Source: Dehalococcoidales bacterium (GTDB taxonomy: Bacteria; Chloroflexota; Dehalococcoidia; Dehalococcoidales; BS750m-G39). From it: a stretch of DNA of 64,000 nt. Of the stretch, positions 21,959 to 31,025 are shown one piece after another. The position numbers were made by a program, and so were the translations under genes. The notes below the pieces were generated by a model. That model saw only the letters and a program-made list of their open reading frames with translations, did not search any database and had not been told where the DNA came from. The stretch covers positions 1,766-65,765 of the forward strand of contig DAOULR010000001.1 of the NCBI GenBank assembly GCA_034419075.1. Reading direction: 5' to 3'. Within the stretch, counting starts at the first letter, position 1, and every line of letters begins with the position of its first letter.

Positions 21959-24900
21959 ATGGGTAGATTAAAAATAGTTCTGCAGATACTAGTCATCGCA
22001 GTGCTGGTCACGGGCAGTGTTGTGCCGTTCTTCTTCAACACAGGCTCGGCGATGGCTCAGGAGACTAGGGCATCCCGACTGGCCCCGATTAACCCCGAGG
22101 CCCTTGAGCCAGCCAGTCCTTATGGTTACAGTCCCCCGACTATGGACTTAAGCCACCTCAGCGGATTCCAGATGCGGGAGACGAGTGCGTTACCGGCTCA
22201 GCCGGCTGCTTTTGACTGGAGGGATCAGGGCAAGGTAACTTCGGTGAAGAACCAGGACCCTTGCGGCACCTGCTGGACCTTTGGGACGACCTCCGTTCTG
22301 GAATCGGCGGTCTTGCTGGGCGAGAGTGTCGGCTACGATTTTTCCGAGCAGAGCGTGGCTCTGTGCGTTGACCGCTCCTGGGTCTACCTCTACGACGATT
22401 CTGATGAACCCTGTGGGCTGTTACCAGGTCATGGGGGCGGCAATAGTTTTAAAGCCAGCGAGGTCTTCATCAAGAAAGGGGCGGTTCTAGAATCGTGCAA
22501 TCCGTACAATGGTTCTGGTTTGCAGTGTGATGGGACTTGTGTCTGTGACAGTTGCCCTTCGGTTAAGAGGGTTACCGGTTACAGATATGTAACTGGTGAC
22601 GGGAGCCAAACTGCATTGATAAAAACGGCGGTATATAACCATGGGCCGGTAACCATGTCATTTTATTATACCCCGTCCGCATTATATGATGATTATGACC
22701 CAACTTACCCATATATTTATGACTACTACCCGTGTTCCACGAGCTCCAATCACTTGGTCACGATTATCGGCTGGGACGATGCTGTGCCCCATCCCGACCC
22801 TGACCATTCCGGAACCGGTGCTTGGCTAGTCAAGAACAGCTGGGGGACAACTTGGGGTAACAGTGGCTATTTCTGGCTTGCCTACGATTCAAGCTGCATG
22901 ACTGGGATAGCCTATCTCGAATACGGTGACTACAATCCCAATGAAACACTCTACTACTGGGACGAAGCCGGCTACGTGGTCGATGGTGGTTATTCCGATA
23001 CCTCAGCTTGGATGGCTAGCGTCTTTACCTCGGGGCAGGACGGCAACCTGACCCATGTCGATTTCTGGACAACGGATAACAATGCCGCCTACGAGATTTA
23101 CGTCTATAATGATGGTGACCCATCCGACGGTCTTCAAAACCAGCTCGCCTCCAAGACGGGTAGCTGCGCCGAGCTTGGCTACTACTCTATACCGCTCACC
23201 ACCCCTGTGCCGGTGACCAACGGTCAGCAGTTCACCGTTGCCGTCAAAATGACGACACCTGGCTACACCTATCCCTTGGCCATGGAATACGTGATAGCTG
23301 GCGATTGCGAGCCGCCTATACAGTCCGGTGTTTGTTACACAAGGTACCTGGGCACTGACCCCTGGGAGGACGCTGACGACTTTGCTGAGGTTGGCGTTAG
23401 TGTCTGCCTCCGGGCAAGAATAACCACTACCATGCCACCGCCCACCGAGGTCTGGGTGGACGATGACTTTGACGATTCCACCCCAGGCTGGGGCTACGAC
23501 CACTTTGCCACCATCCAGGAGGGCATTGACGCCGTCTCCGGCAGCACGGTGCACGTGGCGGCGGGATATTACACCGAGAACATCACCCTGGCTGACGGGG
23601 TGGAGGTGTTGGGGGCGGGGGCAAGTGTTACCACTATTGACGGCGACGCCAGCGGCCCGGTGGTGACCGCCGATGGTGTGGGTGCCACCACGGTGCTGGA
23701 TGGCTTCACCATTACCAACGGTTACACGTCTGACGCTGGCGGCGGTGGTATGCGCAACATCAATGGCTCCTCGCCAACGGTGACCGACTGCGTATTCTAT
23801 GACAACTCGACTTATTACCACGGTGGGGGGATGTACAACGTCAATAGCTCGCCGACGATAATCAACTGCACCTTCTCCAGCAACTCGGCTGGTTTTGACG
23901 GCGGCGGGATGCAAAACACCAATTCCGGGGTGACGATAATCAACTGCACCTTCATCGGTAACTCGGCTGGTGACGACGGCGGTGGGATGTATACCTACAA
24001 TAACTGCTCACCCACGGTAACCAACTGCACCTTCTACGGCAACTCAGCTGTTGGCAACGGTGGCGGTATGTACAATGAGAATAACGGCGCACCGACGGTG
24101 ACCAACTGCATACTTTGGGGTGACAGCCCAGATGAGATATACAATGATGGTTCGACACCGGTGGTTAGCTACTGCGACGTTCAGGGGGGATACACGGGAA
24201 CGGGCAACATTGATGCCGACCCCTTGTTTGTCGGTGGCGGCGACTACCACCTACAAGCGGATTCTCCTTGCATTGATGTTGGTGACAACTCGGCACCATC
24301 CATCCCCAGTACCGATTTTGAGGGCGACCCGCGGATTATGGATGGCGACGGCGACACCATAGCCGTGGTGGATATGGGCGTTGATGAGCGCCAGACGTTG
24401 GATAACAATCCACCCAACGCCCCCGACTCCCCAATCTGTGAGGGTGAAGCCAACCCCACCGGTGTCACCGACGACACCCCTGAGTTCGGCTGGACCTTCT
24501 CCGACCCCGACGGCGGAGACACACAGGGGGCCTATCAGATTCTGGTGGCTTCCAGCTCGGCTAACCTGACCGCCGACAACGGGGACATGTGGGACAGTGG
24601 CAAGGTGAGCGGCAGCGACATCGAGGTTTCTTATGACGGCCTGGCTCTTGACTGGTACCAGACCTACTACTGGAAGGTAAAGACCTGGGATAACTACAAT
24701 GCCGAGGGGCCATACTGCAGCGAGCAGCAGTTCACCACCGGTATGCTGTCACACGGACAACTCAGGGTGGAGACATCCCCGGCGGTGCCGACCACGATAT
24801 CTATTGACGGTATACCCAGAAGCGCCTGGGGGCTTAATTGGGTAAAGATGCCACCGGGAGAGTACACTCTATCCTTCACCGATACCTTCGGCTATCTTGC

Positions 24901-25516
24901 CCCGAGCGAGATTGAGGTGACCTATGAGGGTGAGGATGCGATTACTCAACCCGTAACCGACCCGATAACGGTCTATGCTGATGAGACTACCGAGGTTATG
25001 GTGCACTGCATCCAGTTAGGTAATTTGTGGGTGAGTACTGACCCAATGGTAGCCACCATTATCTCGCTTGACGGTGTTCCACCGTCCAACAACTGGGGCT
25101 TCTGGGTGGACTTGCTCCCCGGAGACTACAACCTCTCCATAAGCGATGTTATCGTCTATAAGACGCCGATAGAGGTCGAGGTCACCTATCCCGGGCAAGC
25201 GCCAGTTATTCAGGCCATAACCGCCCCGATAACAGTCGAGGCCGGGGGTACTACGGCCGTGGTCATCCACTTCATACGGCTGGGAAACCTGAAGGTGGAA
25301 ACATCGCCGAATCTTGCGGCCACGATATTCGTCGATGGCGAGCCGATGAACGACTGGGGGTTCTGGGTGGACCTGGAGGCGGGGGATTACACCGTATCCT
25401 TCGAGGATATGGACGGCTACCTGACGCCGCCCCCGACCGTGGTCACCATCACCGCGGGGGTGACGACCTATGTTACCGGAGATTACGACAACGGGGAAAC
25501 CATAGTAACTCCATAA
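21959..25516 (+). CDS. secreted multidomain protein: papain-like C1A cysteine peptidase, lectin-like domain, parallel beta-helix, Ig/Fn3-like domain, PEGA-like repeats
   Basis: Signal peptide; QDPCGTCWTF (catalytic Cys), NHLVTIIGW (His), KNSWG (Asn); GGGMYN repeats; three C-terminal repeats with WGLNW/WGFWVDL. ATG 21959 is preferred over 21944 because of the RBS. Confidence 0.88.
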   Translation: MGRLKIVLQILVIAVLVTGSVVPFFFNTGSAMAQETRASRLAPINPEALEPASPYGYSPPTMDLSHLSGFQMRETSALPAQPAAFDWRDQGKVTSVKNQDPCGTCWTFGTTSVLESAVLLGESVGYDFSEQSVALCVDRSWVYLYDDSDEPCGLLPGHGGGNSFKASEVFIKKGAVLESCNPYNGSGLQCDGTCVCDSCPSVKRVTGYRYVTGDGSQTALIKTAVYNHGPVTMSFYYTPSALYDDYDPTYPYIYDYYPCSTSSNHLVTIIGWDDAVPHPDPDHSGTGAWLVKNSWGTTWGNSGYFWLAYDSSCMTGIAYLEYGDYNPNETLYYWDEAGYVVDGGYSDTSAWMASVFTSGQDGNLTHVDFWTTDNNAAYEIYVYNDGDPSDGLQNQLASKTGSCAELGYYSIPLTTPVPVTNGQQFTVAVKMTTPGYTYPLAMEYVIAGDCEPPIQSGVCYTRYLGTDPWEDADDFAEVGVSVCLRARITTTMPPPTEVWVDDDFDDSTPGWGYDHFATIQEGIDAVSGSTVHVAAGYYTENITLADGVEVLGAGASVTTIDGDASGPVVTADGVGATTVLDGFTITNGYTSDAGGGGMRNINGSSPTVTDCVFYDNSTYYHGGGMYNVNSSPTIINCTFSSNSAGFDGGGMQNTNSGVTIINCTFIGNSAGDDGGGMYTYNNCSPTVTNCTFYGNSAVGNGGGMYNENNGAPTVTNCILWGDSPDEIYNDGSTPVVSYCDVQGGYTGTGNIDADPLFVGGGDYHLQADSPCIDVGDNSAPSIPSTDFEGDPRIMDGDGDTIAVVDMGVDERQTLDNNPPNAPDSPICEGEANPTGVTDDTPEFGWTFSDPDGGDTQGAYQILVASSSANLTADNGDMWDSGKVSGSDIEVSYDGLALDWYQTYYWKVKTWDNYNAEGPYCSEQQFTTGMLSHGQLRVETSPAVPTTISIDGIPRSAWGLNWVKMPPGEYTLSFTDTFGYLAPSEIEVTYEGEDAITQPVTDPITVYADETTEVMVHCIQLGNLWVSTDPMVATIISLDGVPPSNNWGFWVDLLPGDYNLSISDVIVYKTPIEVEVTYPGQAPVIQAITAPITVEAGGTTAVVIHFIRLGNLKVETSPNLAATIFVDGEPMNDWGFWVDLEAGDYTVSFEDMDGYLTPPPTVVTITAGVTTYVTGDYDNGETIVTP

Positions 25517-25539
25517 CTGGGCTATCTTAATTCAGCAGC

Positions 25540-26709
25540 GTGAAATTGAGAATAGGGATTCTACAAGAGACATTCCTGCCCTTTATCGGGGGGAGTTCCT
25601 ACCGATGCCACCAGGTGTTCAAGCGGCTGGCTAGGGCGGGCCATGAAATAGATGTCTATACCGCGCAGCTCTCCCCGGATTTTAAGAGCGAAGAGGAGAT
25701 AGACGGGCTGCACGTCTATCGCATCGCTACGCCCAAGGGCTTGTTGAAAGACGGGGGTGAATCGCGGGTGGTTTCTGATGCCCTGAGATTCACCATTGGT
25801 TCTTTTCTAAAAGCGGCCAGGAACGGGCGCTATGATATCTACGAAGTGAACCATTCGCCCCTTTTCCCCGCCTTTGCCGCCGAATTACTCTTAAAGATTA
25901 AACGGGTGCCGGTTTCCATCACCTTCCACGAGATCTGGAAGGAGCTCTGGTTTAAATACATCAGAAGCAAGCTTACCTGTCATGCCGGTATATTTTTAGA
26001 GCGGTTGACCACCAAAATGGGCAGTCACATCATCGCCGTGAGTGAAACCACTAAAGAGCGTCTAATAAATTGCTACAAAGTTAAACCCGAAAAAATCAGC
26101 GTCATCAGCAACGGGGTCGAGCTCGGTCTCTACCGGAGGGCAGCTCGCCCTAAAATACCCTATAAGATTGTCTATCTGGGCCGGTTGAACGAGCATAAAA
26201 AAGTCGACCTGCTTATCAAAGCCTTCCGGAGGGTCAAACAATCTATTCCCGAAGCGACACTGCAAATCGCAGGGGAGGGGCCCCAGAGGTCCAGGCTCGA
26301 AGGCTTAAGCCGAGGTACGCCCGGCATCACTTTTTGCGGGTCGGTATCAGAAGAAGAGAAAGCGAGAATCCCCAGCTCCGCCTGGCTTTACGTGCTGCCG
26401 AGTATCCGCGAAGGGCAGGGCATAACCCTGCTTGAGGCGATGGCCAGTCAAACACCTACCGTGGCTGCCTTTGTCGACGGCTCAGGTGTCATCAGCGTTA
26501 TTGAAGACGGTAGGAACGGGCTGCTGGTAAAGCCAGAGGCGGAACAGCTGGCCGAGGCCATCCTGAGATACAAACGCTCCCCTGCGCTCTACGCCCGCGT
26601 CCAGCGGGAGGGGCTGAAGTTCGTCGAACCTTTGGATTGGGACAGTATCGCCGCGCAGCACGAGAATCTCTACAGGAGTATGCTCACTGAAAAAGCCGCT
26701 CGTCTATAG
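25540..26709 (+). CDS. glycosyltransferase family 4 (GT-B)
   Basis: PFIGG, YLGRLNEHKKVD, PSIREGQGITLLEAMAS (EX7E) motifs. Confidence 0.93.
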   Translation: MKLRIGILQETFLPFIGGSSYRCHQVFKRLARAGHEIDVYTAQLSPDFKSEEEIDGLHVYRIATPKGLLKDGGESRVVSDALRFTIGSFLKAARNGRYDIYEVNHSPLFPAFAAELLLKIKRVPVSITFHEIWKELWFKYIRSKLTCHAGIFLERLTTKMGSHIIAVSETTKERLINCYKVKPEKISVISNGVELGLYRRAARPKIPYKIVYLGRLNEHKKVDLLIKAFRRVKQSIPEATLQIAGEGPQRSRLEGLSRGTPGITFCGSVSEEEKARIPSSAWLYVLPSIREGQGITLLEAMASQTPTVAAFVDGSGVISVIEDGRNGLLVKPEAEQLAEAILRYKRSPALYARVQREGLKFVEPLDWDSIAAQHENLYRSMLTEKAARL

Positions 26710-26749
26710 CATTCTGGCTGCCATCTGCCTGGCCAACTTCCTCTGGATA

Positions 26750-28735
26750 ATGCGCCTGAACAGCCTCTATTGCCTGCCACCCGGATCCGATTCCTTTCAC
26801 TGGTTGATGCACGCCAACGCCCTGGTTTCCGGCATGGGCTTCCCCATGTGGGACGAGGGGCTGTGGCAGTACCCGCCGCTGTCGCTGGTGTTCCTGGGGC
26901 TGTTCGCTAAGGTTTTCGGCGGTCTGTTCGGGCTAAAGATATTCGGGGCACTGGTGCTGGCCGTTCTGCCCTTCTCCTTCTTTGTCTTGGTGAGGAAGAT
27001 GTTCGGCTCTTCGGTCGGCTTGGCGGCGGCGGCGTTTATGGCCATCACCCCCATCTTTTACGAGATGTGGGGCTACGGTATGTACCCCAATCTTTTCGGT
27101 TTCTCCATTCTATTTCTTACCCTCTTTACCATTATCAAGTTTATGGAGGAGAAAAACCGAAAGTGGGGCATTATCGCCATAGCCATGAGCGTCATCCTCA
27201 TGTTTTCCCATCACCTGACCAGCATTGTTTTTCTGGTATCTGTAATCTTATGGACAGTGCTTTGCCTAGCGACAAGGCAACGCGTCCGGGAGCTGGCGTT
27301 GGTCAGCGTGGCCGCTTTTATAACCTTCGGTCTGTACCGCACCATTGTCACGCCGCAGTTCACCATATTTAATCCCAGCGCGCTCTTCGTACTTACTGTG
27401 GACTACGATAGATTCCTCTGGGTCTTTAAACACCTGTCCATTTTCATCGTAATCGGCCTGTGTATCGTTTACAGCTGCTATCGTATCTACAAGAGCAAGC
27501 CCGCTTACTCGCTTATGCTTATTTCGCTGGTGGCATCCTCATTTGCTATAGCCTACGGTCTGCCCTTATTCAGAATCGTCCTCGACCAGGCCAGGTTCTT
27601 AATCTTCAGCCTGCCCGCCTTTATTATCGGGGTGGCCTACCTCATCTATGAGATTAAGCCCTCGGCCCGAATCAAATCCCTGACTATAATTATCGTGGTG
27701 GTGGCGCTCTTGAGCGTCAGCGGCTATATCGGGGTGAGGACCAGCTGGGAAATAAATCGCTTCACCCGCTGCTCCAGCGCCGAGATTACCACGGCGCAGT
27801 GCGACGGCGACATCAAGGAAATGGTAGATTGGGTTAAGGCCAATACTGACGGAAACGATGTCTTTGTCGCCGAGCAGTATCTGTCCAAACCTATTATCGG
27901 GCTGGGGGAAAGGCGCGCCCTGGAGGCGATTAACCCTGCCTACCTTTTCATGGAAGGCGAAATCGAACGCTCAATAATTGCCGACAGCCTGCTCAACGCC
28001 AACTATGAGATTAACCACCCCTCCTTTAGAATTAGGGACCAGTACCCGTTGCAGAACCATAACCCTATTGTCGGGCTCTGGGAGCGCGGTTATTACCACG
28101 ATATCATCTATTTCTCAGACGAGTTACTTCAGGTGGAATTGATAGAGGACGGCTATACCTTCATTGAGTCACCCCGCGCCCAGTTATCGGAATTGGAGTC
28201 GCCGCTATCCGTCAGCTATTTTAATCCTCGCGTGACCATCAGCCGGACGGTCGAGATTGAGGAGGGGGGCGTGCGCGTCATCTTCTCCGCCGAGCCGCGG
28301 GGCCAGGATGTAACGCTGGTCAGTATGACGGTATACGGCTGGCGGCCCTGGCATAATTATAACCTGAGGGAAATCATCTTCAGCGAACCAGAGCTTATTT
28401 TGGTCGACGATGATGTCAACGCCCGCATCACCCCCCAGGGTTATACCCAGTTGGACTACTATCTGGCTGACCCGATTTATGAACAGGCGGGCTTCAGGGC
28501 CACCTTCGAGCCCGAAAATAACCATATCATAGCCGATTTCTTTATTCCCTACCGATATCACGCCGAGGGGGAGCCCCAGATATTTGAAGCAGAGAGGTTG
28601 ATTGAGGAATATGGCGTCGCTTATTTCGCCGTGCTCAACGGGGACGAAAGGCAGACTTGGTTTTTGGAGAATAATCAGTATACTATAGTATATAGTAATT
28701 CGTCGATAACTATTTACGGCGCCAGACGAGGATAG
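26750..28735 (+). CDS. polytopic membrane protein, GT-C (ArnT/PMT-like) glycosyltransferase; true start probably upstream (CTG 26687)
   Basis: About 11 hydrophobic segments, an early PGSDSFHW loop, YPPL motif, and a large soluble C-terminal domain. Confidence 0.65.
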   Translation: MRLNSLYCLPPGSDSFHWLMHANALVSGMGFPMWDEGLWQYPPLSLVFLGLFAKVFGGLFGLKIFGALVLAVLPFSFFVLVRKMFGSSVGLAAAAFMAITPIFYEMWGYGMYPNLFGFSILFLTLFTIIKFMEEKNRKWGIIAIAMSVILMFSHHLTSIVFLVSVILWTVLCLATRQRVRELALVSVAAFITFGLYRTIVTPQFTIFNPSALFVLTVDYDRFLWVFKHLSIFIVIGLCIVYSCYRIYKSKPAYSLMLISLVASSFAIAYGLPLFRIVLDQARFLIFSLPAFIIGVAYLIYEIKPSARIKSLTIIIVVVALLSVSGYIGVRTSWEINRFTRCSSAEITTAQCDGDIKEMVDWVKANTDGNDVFVAEQYLSKPIIGLGERRALEAINPAYLFMEGEIERSIIADSLLNANYEINHPSFRIRDQYPLQNHNPIVGLWERGYYHDIIYFSDELLQVELIEDGYTFIESPRAQLSELESPLSVSYFNPRVTISRTVEIEEGGVRVIFSAEPRGQDVTLVSMTVYGWRPWHNYNLREIIFSEPELILVDDDVNARITPQGYTQLDYYLADPIYEQAGFRATFEPENNHIIADFFIPYRYHAEGEPQIFEAERLIEEYGVAYFAVLNGDERQTWFLENNQYTIVYSNSSITIYGARRG

Positions 28736-28747
28736 CAAGGAGGTGGC

Positions 28748-28903
28748 ATGTCACTACAGATACAGCCATACTACGAGATACTCCCCCCTTTCTGGACGGC
28801 TAAGACGATAGGCTTTATCGCCCTGGGTGCTGCGGCTGTCTGTGCCATAGGTTACTTGATTTACCTCTACCATGATAGAATCGCCGACTTTTTCCGGCGC
28901 TGA
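28748..28903 (+). CDS. 51-aa single-TM small protein (not in the ORF track)
   Basis: AGGAGG RBS then ATG; translates as MSLQIQPYYEILPPFWTAKTIGFIALGAAAVCAIGYLIYLYHDRIADFFRR*; fills the gap in the operon. Confidence 0.7.
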   Translation: MSLQIQPYYEILPPFWTAKTIGFIALGAAAVCAIGYLIYLYHDRIADFFRR

Positions 28904-28930
28904 TAAGAAAGTTCTGTCTGGGGGAGCGAA

Positions 28931-29284
28931 ATGTTTGCCGTTTTGATTAACGTCTCCTTTGCCGTGCTGGCGGCGGTGGGTACAGTGAGCCTGGGGCTGG
29001 CTTTCCGACAGCGTGGGGCCCTGGAGCTGTCGGTGCCCTATCTCTGGTCGCTGGTGACCAATAAATGGTTCATATTGGCCCTGGTGCTGGGCTTTAGCTC
29101 GCTGTTTTTCCGCTACGCACTTTTGAAATTCCAGGGGCTGGCCCAGTCCTCCTACTATCTGCAAACATCCCTGATTGCCGTCTATATCCTATCCTTTTTC
29201 GTTTTGGGGGAGCAGTTTACGATTAAAATGGGTATCGGCGCTATCCTTATACTAGGTGGAGTTACCCTTATCGGTATAGGCTGA
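28931..29284 (+). CDS. small 4-TM DMT/EamA (SMR/ArnE-like) membrane protein
   Basis: 117 aa, four hydrophobic helices, LSFFVLGEQFT..GIGAILILGGV C-terminal pattern. Confidence 0.75.
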   Translation: MFAVLINVSFAVLAAVGTVSLGLAFRQRGALELSVPYLWSLVTNKWFILALVLGFSSLFFRYALLKFQGLAQSSYYLQTSLIAVYILSFFVLGEQFTIKMGIGAILILGGVTLIGIG

Positions 29285-29877
29285 TGACGGAGTGGGACGC
29301 TTTCTGGGAGAAGAGAACCAAGCGGGAAAAGACGTTAAACCGTCTGGGAGTTATTTTTAACCGCGCTTTTGCCCGACACATCGCCCGCTACATGAAGGCA
29401 AATTGCTCTGGTGGGCCGATCCTGGAGATAGGAGTGGGGCGGGGGGTCTGTTCCAAGACGCTCAGCCAAATGGGCTATGACTGCACCGGCGTCGATAATT
29501 CGGAGTTTGCCTTAAAACTAGCTAAGAAGGAAAACCTCAACGCCATTTTTGCCGATGCTCGCCAGCTTCCTTTCGGCTCGAAAACGTTTGAGGTGGCTTT
29601 CAGCCAGGGATTGCTGGAACACCTTTCTCCCAATGACAGGCTTGTCGTCTTGAGCGAGATGCGCCGCGTGGCCCATGTCGTCATCAATTCGGTGCCGATG
29701 AAATACGGGGTGATGGATATTGGGGAGAGGGCTTTCCGCTGTTTCGGCCGGAAGTGGCCTTATCCAGATGAGAAGAAGTATAAAAAATCCGAGTTTGTCG
29801 AATTGATGACAACCTGTTTTAAAACGGTGAGAGTTGAGCAGTTCTGGTGCGTGGACTGGATAGCCTATTGTAAGTGA
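29284..29877 (+). CDS. class I SAM-dependent methyltransferase
   Basis: ILEIGVGRG motif I, GVDNS, ADARQLPF, GLLEH motifs. Confidence 0.9.
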   Translation: MTEWDAFWEKRTKREKTLNRLGVIFNRAFARHIARYMKANCSGGPILEIGVGRGVCSKTLSQMGYDCTGVDNSEFALKLAKKENLNAIFADARQLPFGSKTFEVAFSQGLLEHLSPNDRLVVLSEMRRVAHVVINSVPMKYGVMDIGERAFRCFGRKWPYPDEKKYKKSEFVELMTTCFKTVRVEQFWCVDWIAYCK

Positions 29878-29963
29878 TTTTATATTTGATTTAGCCGTTA
29901 TATGAGGAAGGGCAGTCTTTTCCCTTGAATAAAAAAGTCCGTTTTGTTCAATTTCGCAATAGC

Positions 29964-29992
29964 TTGATTTAAACTACTACCATAGCTACAAT
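29964..29992 (+). promoter_or_regulatory. putative sigma70 promoter pointing into the right att repeat
   Basis: TTGATT (29964-29969), 17 nt spacer, TACAAT (29987-29992), followed by AAGGAGGT RBS and ATG 30033. Confidence 0.55.
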
Positions 29993-30032
29993 CCCATAAG
30001 GTAAATAAATACAGCTTAAGGAGGTAAAAAGG

Positions 30033-30383
30033 ATGAAACAAAGAGCACCTGCTTTACCAGATTCCCCAACCTTCCAACAGCTTTGGGATGCTCTTGGCTC
30101 AAAGCTAATTGAAGCCGCACAGGAGCGATTGCTTTACACGCAGGGGGTCAGAGGTTCAAGTCCTCTACCGCCCACATCCATCCCCTCCAGGACTTGCACA
30201 TCTACCCCTTTTCTCCTCGCACCTCCCGATGGTCAAGTCCCCTACCGCCTTTACTCACCACTCCACCAGGGATGCAAGTCCTCTACCGCCTCTCATCACT
30301 TGGGCCACCATCAGAAACGCAGTGTAGCCTGCCTTAAGAGATACCCAATGCTTGGGAAGCTTTTTCGATATCGGGTGGCTTAA
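30033..30383 (+). CDS. hypothetical ORF reading through the tRNA-Val-derived repeat (possible gene remnant)
   Basis: Strong RBS and promoter. Only the first ~32 codons are non-tRNA-derived sequence. Confidence 0.35.
   Translation: MKQRAPALPDSPTFQQLWDALGSKLIEAAQERLLYTQGVRGSSPLPPTSIPSRTCTSTPFLLAPPDGQVPYRLYSPLHQGCKSSTASHHLGHHQKRSVACLKRYPMLGKLFRYRVA
30130..30250 (+). repeat. right copy (attR-like) of the 121-bp direct repeat, includes a tRNA-Val 3' fragment
   Basis: TGCTTTACACGCAGGGGGTCAGAGGTTCAAGTCCTCTACCGCCCACATCCATCCCC..., matching 21683-21803. Confidence 0.93.
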
Positions 30384-30759
30384 CCCAGAGGATGGCTCCA
30401 TAACGCCAGTCGCCGGTGTCAATGGCTTGCATGGCTGTGATGTTGACCCCGGCTTGTTCTAGCTTGCCAAGTATGTCGGCGACAGCACCTACGTGTTCCC
30501 ACTCCCAAACCAGGAAAGCAACCTTTGGTCCCACCAGCTTGACCCCTGCTTTTTGTGCCGCCGCAACGAGGGCATCTCCGCTGGATGGCACGAGGTCGAG
30601 CTGACTACGCTGCTCGCTCAATGGGAAACCATTGAAAGCGATCAGATTGACACCTTGTCCCTTGAGTACCTTGAAAACCTTAGCCGCCGCTCCAGCCTTA
30701 TTGGGAACCACAGTGTAGTAGTAATTAATACGCTCAATACGCTGCTCAACACTGCTCAT
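30334..30759 (-). CDS. tandem ACT-like domain protein
   Basis: Two beta-alpha-beta repeats (VPNKAGAAAKVFKVLKGQGVNL; EHVGAVADILGKLEQAGVNI). AGGAGGT RBS supports the start at 30759. Confidence 0.7.
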   Translation of the reverse strand: MSSVEQRIERINYYYTVVPNKAGAAAKVFKVLKGQGVNLIAFNGFPLSEQRSQLDLVPSSGDALVAAAQKAGVKLVGPKVAFLVWEWEHVGAVADILGKLEQAGVNITAMQAIDTGDWRYGAILWVKPPDIEKASQALGIS

Positions 30760-31025
30760 GGCAGGCACCTCCTGTGAGGAAATCGGCTTGATTTATCTTA
30801 GCTTATCATAGGCGGGTCGGGTTGTGTAGTCAAGCAAAAGCGTTCTACATTTCTCCATCACTCAGAATGTTACTCATGAAAAATGCGGCATGGATGTGGC
30901 TTAATCCCGTTTCTCCTCGTATGCTATAATGGCTTTATCTCCAATTATGGTCGGAAATCATGGAAGAAAGCTTTTTATAACCAAATCATGGAAAGTTATT
31001 AAAGGAAGGATAAAATAATAAAGAG

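Larger units (their letters stand above)
21683..30250. mobile_element. genomic island integrated at tRNA-Val(TAC), no integrase within it
   Basis: Bounded by the tRNA-derived direct repeat. The cargo (surface protease and glycosylation genes) is unrelated to both flanks. Confidence 0.75.

Noticed and set aside
23003-23914. 303-aa minus-strand ORF inside the protease gene
   Set aside because: It is an antisense shadow of the repetitive beta-helix coding region with no recognisable motifs.
21711-30290. Short repeats with spacers considered as a mini-CRISPR array
   Set aside because: The repeat is tRNA-Val T-arm sequence, only 15 bp and degenerate. Spacing is irregular (77 and 41 nt) and no cas genes are present.
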